A program made the position numbers and the translations under genes. The notes under the pieces are model-generated. The model was not told the DNA's origin. It was given only the letters and a program-made list of their open reading frames with translations, and did no database searches. From Chiloscyllium plagiosum (taxonomy: Eukaryota): a DNA stretch of 64,000 bases. The DNA lies in the NCBI RefSeq assembly GCF_004010195.1, contig NC_057720.1, positions 27,777,473 through 27,841,472 of the forward strand, in the 5' to 3' direction. Shown here one piece after another: positions 60,435 through 64,000 of the stretch (position 1 is the stretch's first letter; each line of letters begins with the position of its first letter).

Positions 60435-61259
60435 CCATTATCTTCCTTTTTTGCCATATATGACTTCGAACAGTAGAGAATTTTCCCCCTGATTTCCATT
60501 GACTCTAGTTTTACTAGGGCTTCTTGATGCTTTACTCACTCAAATGTGAACTTGATGTGAAGAGTAACCACTCTCACCTTCTGTTGTTGTTGACACCTTC
60601 CCATCACTTTACCGATAATCAAGAAGACAGAGTGGGCAGTCGTTGGTCAGGTTGGGTTTGTCTGTCTTTTAATACACAGGACATAACGGGACATTTTTTC
60701 ACATTGGGTAGTCACCAGTTTTTTACTTTTACTGTAACATCTTGGCAAGTTCTAAAGCACGTCTTCAATACTAATGCCGGAATATAGTTGGGCTTATAGC
60801 CTTTGCAGTACCCAATGCCTCCAGCCATTTCTTGATGTCATGTAGAGTGAATCAAATTGGCTGTATTCAAGCATCTGTGAAATTGGGCACATCTGGAGGG
60901 GTAAAAATGGATAGTTCACTTGGCACTTCTGGCTGAAGATGTGCTGGGATGCACCATTATTGGGAGTGCCGATGTTAGTGCAGCCTCCTTCTCCAGGGAG
61001 TTATTTAATTGTCCTCCACTATTTGACTGGACGTGGCAGGACTGCAGAGCTTGATCTGATCTGTTGGTTGTGGAATCACTTTGCTCTGTCTTGCTGTTGC
61101 TGCTTGTGGTATTTAGTATAATAATCCTGTGTTGTAACTTAAGCAGGATGACACCTCACTTTTAGGTCTGCCTGATAGTGCTTCCAACATGGTTTCCTGC
61201 ACGCTTTATTAAATCGGGCAGGAGAGTAGGTGGCTTAATGGCAATGTGAGCGACTCTAA

Positions 61260-62965
61260 AACGTAGGAGCAGAATTAGGCCATTTGACCCATCAAGTGTG
61301 CTCCACCATTTGATCATGGCTGATTTGACTCTCAATTCCATTATTCTGCTTTCTTTTCATAACCCTTGATCCACTGACCAATGGCTGATGTGTTTCTCAA
61401 CCTCATCCTCCTGCCTCCTCTCTGTAACTGTTGATCCCTTACCAATCAGGAACCTATCCAAGTCTGTCTTAAGTACACTCATTGACTTAATCATCCTCTG
61501 GCTGAAGAAATTCCTCCTCCTTTTAATTCTAAAGGGTCATCCCTTCACTGAGCTCTGCCCTCTGGTCCTAGTCCCTCCTACTAGTGGGAAAAGTGTTCTT
61601 GTCTGCTCTATACAATCCCCTCAGTATTCTGTAAATTTCAATCAGATCCTCTTCCATCCTTCTAAACTGCATGACATACAGCTCAGAGACCTCAACCGTT
61701 CCGCATATCATAAGCCCTTCATACCCAGGATTATTCTTGTAAATCTCCTCTCAGCCTCCTCCAACACACTGTCCCATAGCTACTGGGTCCAAAACTGCTC
61801 TCAACATTTCAAGTGCAGTCCGACAAGGCCTGTATAACCTCAGCGGTATGTTTCCGCTCTTGTATTCTAGCTGTCTTGAAACGGATGCTAACATTGCCCT
61901 CTTGACTGCCAACTGAACCTGCATCTTAACCTTAAGGGAATCCAGAACTGGGACTACTAATTCCCATTGTGCTTCAGATTTTCACAAAGCCTTTCCCCAT
62001 TCGGAAAATAGTCTATGCTTCTATTCTTCCTACCAAATGCATAACCTTACATTTTCCCAAATTGTATTCCACCTGCGACTTCTTTGAAAACTTTCCCAAC
62101 CTGTCCAAGTTTCTCTGTAGTGTTCCCACTTCCTCAACATTACCTGTCCCTCCACCTCTCTGTGTCATCTGCAAACTTAGTGACAATGCCCTCAGATCCT
62201 TTGTCCAGGTTGTTAATGTATAATGTGAATAGTTGTGATCCCAACACTGACTTCTGTCAACTCCAGTCGTCACAAACTGCCACCCCGAAAAAGACCCCTT
62301 TTATCCCCACTCTTGGCTTCTGCCGGTAAGCCAATCCTCAACCCATGCCACTACCTTGTTCTTAACACCATGGGTTCTCTTCTCTTGTCAAAGGCCTTCT
62401 GGAATTCCAAATAGATCACGTCCACTGTCTCTCCTTTGCCAAACTTGTTACCTCCTCCGATGAATTCTAACAAATTTGTCAGACAAGACCTTCCCTTGAC
62501 AAAGCCATGCTGTCTCAGCTCTATTTTACCATATATTCTAAGTACTCTGTAATCACATCCTTAATAATTTACTCTAAAATCTTACCAATGACTGAGGTCA
62601 GGCTAACTGGCCTATAATGTCCTGTCTTCTGCCTCCCTCCCTATTTAAATAGGTGTTACATCAGCCAATTTCCAGTTCTAGGACTCTCCCTGACCTCAGT
62701 GATTCCTGAAAAATCACCACCAATGCCTGTACAATCTCCGCAACTATCTCTTTCAGAACTCTGGAGTGTAGTCCTTTTGGTTATCCACCTTCAAACAATT
62801 CAGCTTCCCAGCACCTTCCCCTTAGTGATGGACGCTACATTCTGGTATGCTGCTGCTGTCTTCCAGTGTGAAAACTGATGCAAAGTACCTATTCGGTTCC
62901 TCCACCATTTCCTTGTTTCCCATTACTACTTCTCCAGCCTACTTTTCCAGCGGCCCAATGTCCAC
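61260..62965 (-). mobile_element. Old CR1 LINE fragments
   Basis: LQRNLDRLGK...YNLGKCKVMHL; tail taggagcagaattaggccatt at 61265. Confidence 0.8.
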
Positions 62966-63699
62966 GGTTGTTGTAGAGTTGGGGTACACGCTAGCCAATG
63001 AGGTTGCAGATTGTTTGAGTACAGTTTTGCTGCTGCTGATGGCTCAACACTTCATGATGCCCAGTCTTGAGTAGTTACATCTGTTCAAAGTCAATCCCAT
63101 TTTGTATAATGCCACATAACACAATGGAAGATATTCATAATGTGAAGATGATTTTGTCTCCACAAGCACTGTGCAAGTGGTCACTCTTACAGACACTCAT
63201 GGTCAGATGATCTTGCAGCAGGCATATTCATGAGAATAATGTCAAATATATTTTTCCCTCTTATTGGCTCCCACACTAGTAGCAGTGTCCTTTAGGACGT
63301 GACTAGCTTAGTCAGTAGCTGTGCCAATGAGCGACTTTTGATGGTGGAAATAGAAATCCCATAGTACACTCAGGGCCTCCTCCAAGTTATGATCAAAATG
63401 TAGATGTACTGATTCATCAGCTGAGAGTAGGAGTACAGGATAATCAGCAGGTCTCCTTATTCATATTTGGCCTGATGCTATGAGACCTCATGGGTTCCAA
63501 AGGCAATGTTGAGGACTCCTAGGCCATATCAATCCTGACTGTATGCCTCCACCTCACAGGACATTGCCAAGAATAATGCTCTTCCTACTGTCTCATGTAT
63601 AACAAATGTAATAGCATTGCCTACATCCTGATGAAGTTTTGGCCTGGTAAGATGTCTGATTTATTGATGCTTGAGTTTTTCATATTCTTGCATGTCTTC

Positions 63700-64000
63700 C
63701 CAGATGAGTATGCCACCACCGTCATGGACTTCATTCGCAAGTGTGTACAGGACTGCATACTAAAGAAGTCAATCAGTGTGTTCCCCAACTTGAAACCATG
63801 GATGAACCGGAAAATCCACTGCCTACTGAAGACCAGGCATGCCGCATTTAAGTCAGATGACCCAGACCTTTACAGGAAATTCAGATACGACCTCTGCAAG
63901 GCTTTTAGAGATGCCAAGAGGCAGTACCAGACAAGTTAGAAGCCCAAACTAATCTCACAGACAACGGTTGACTGTGGAAAGGCCGAGACAACATAATGGG
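63700..64000 (+). mobile_element. Rex1/Babar LINE ORF fragment (runs off the window)
   Basis: DEYATTVMDFIRKCVQDCI..K...FPNLKPWMN...LLKTRHAAFKSDD..Y...RYDL.KA.RDAKRQY is the typical Rex1 linker. Confidence 0.8.

Larger units (their letters stand above)
58640..61200 (-). mobile_element. Old LINE (same family as 2890-5540), interrupted by a V-SINE and a solo LTR
   Basis: LSPSIFSCLIYDIP..VGMFSDDCT...MQQDLDNIQIWTAKWQ (59531-59758) and the matching 3' tail at 58640. Confidence 0.75.

Noticed and set aside
1..64000. CRISPR arrays, prokaryotic operons or defence systems
   Set aside because: The sequence is vertebrate genomic DNA. No regularly spaced repeat-spacer array is present, and nearly all listed ORFs are TE fragments or their antisense frames.

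Overview
This is vertebrate genomic DNA. The repeat families (HE1/V-SINE-type SINEs, CR1 LINEs, Penelope-derived fold-backs) point to a cartilaginous fish, probably a shark (inference). The only intact host coding sequence is the last two coding exons of KDM4A (339-431 and 6468-6608, + strand) followed by a ~2.5 kb repeat-poor 3' UTR. A CpG-enriched patch with a strong splice donor near 57.0-57.3 kb may be the promoter and first exon of the next gene (ST3GAL3 by mammalian synteny, unproven). The rest is dense, nested transposon debris: many CR1 and other LINE fragments, V-SINEs, Rex1/Babar LINEs, a POGK-like pogo DNA transposon, a decayed Penelope element, Penelope-derived fold-back elements with hammerhead-ribozyme cores, and a full-length decayed Gmr1-type Gypsy element (integrase before RT, SCAN-like gag) with related solo LTRs. 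The highlight is two separate LTR elements that appear to carry host mRNA pieces. (1) A 4 kb pol-less class I-like endogenous retrovirus (42581-46569, TSD AATT) has its centre replaced by non-viral cargo, including a spliced fragment encoding the RBPMS2 C-terminus. (2) An old Gypsy relic (29106-31215) contains an intronless HMGB box-A fragment. All identifications are by eye from remembered family consensus sequences. No database searches were run, and many repeat boundaries are approximate.
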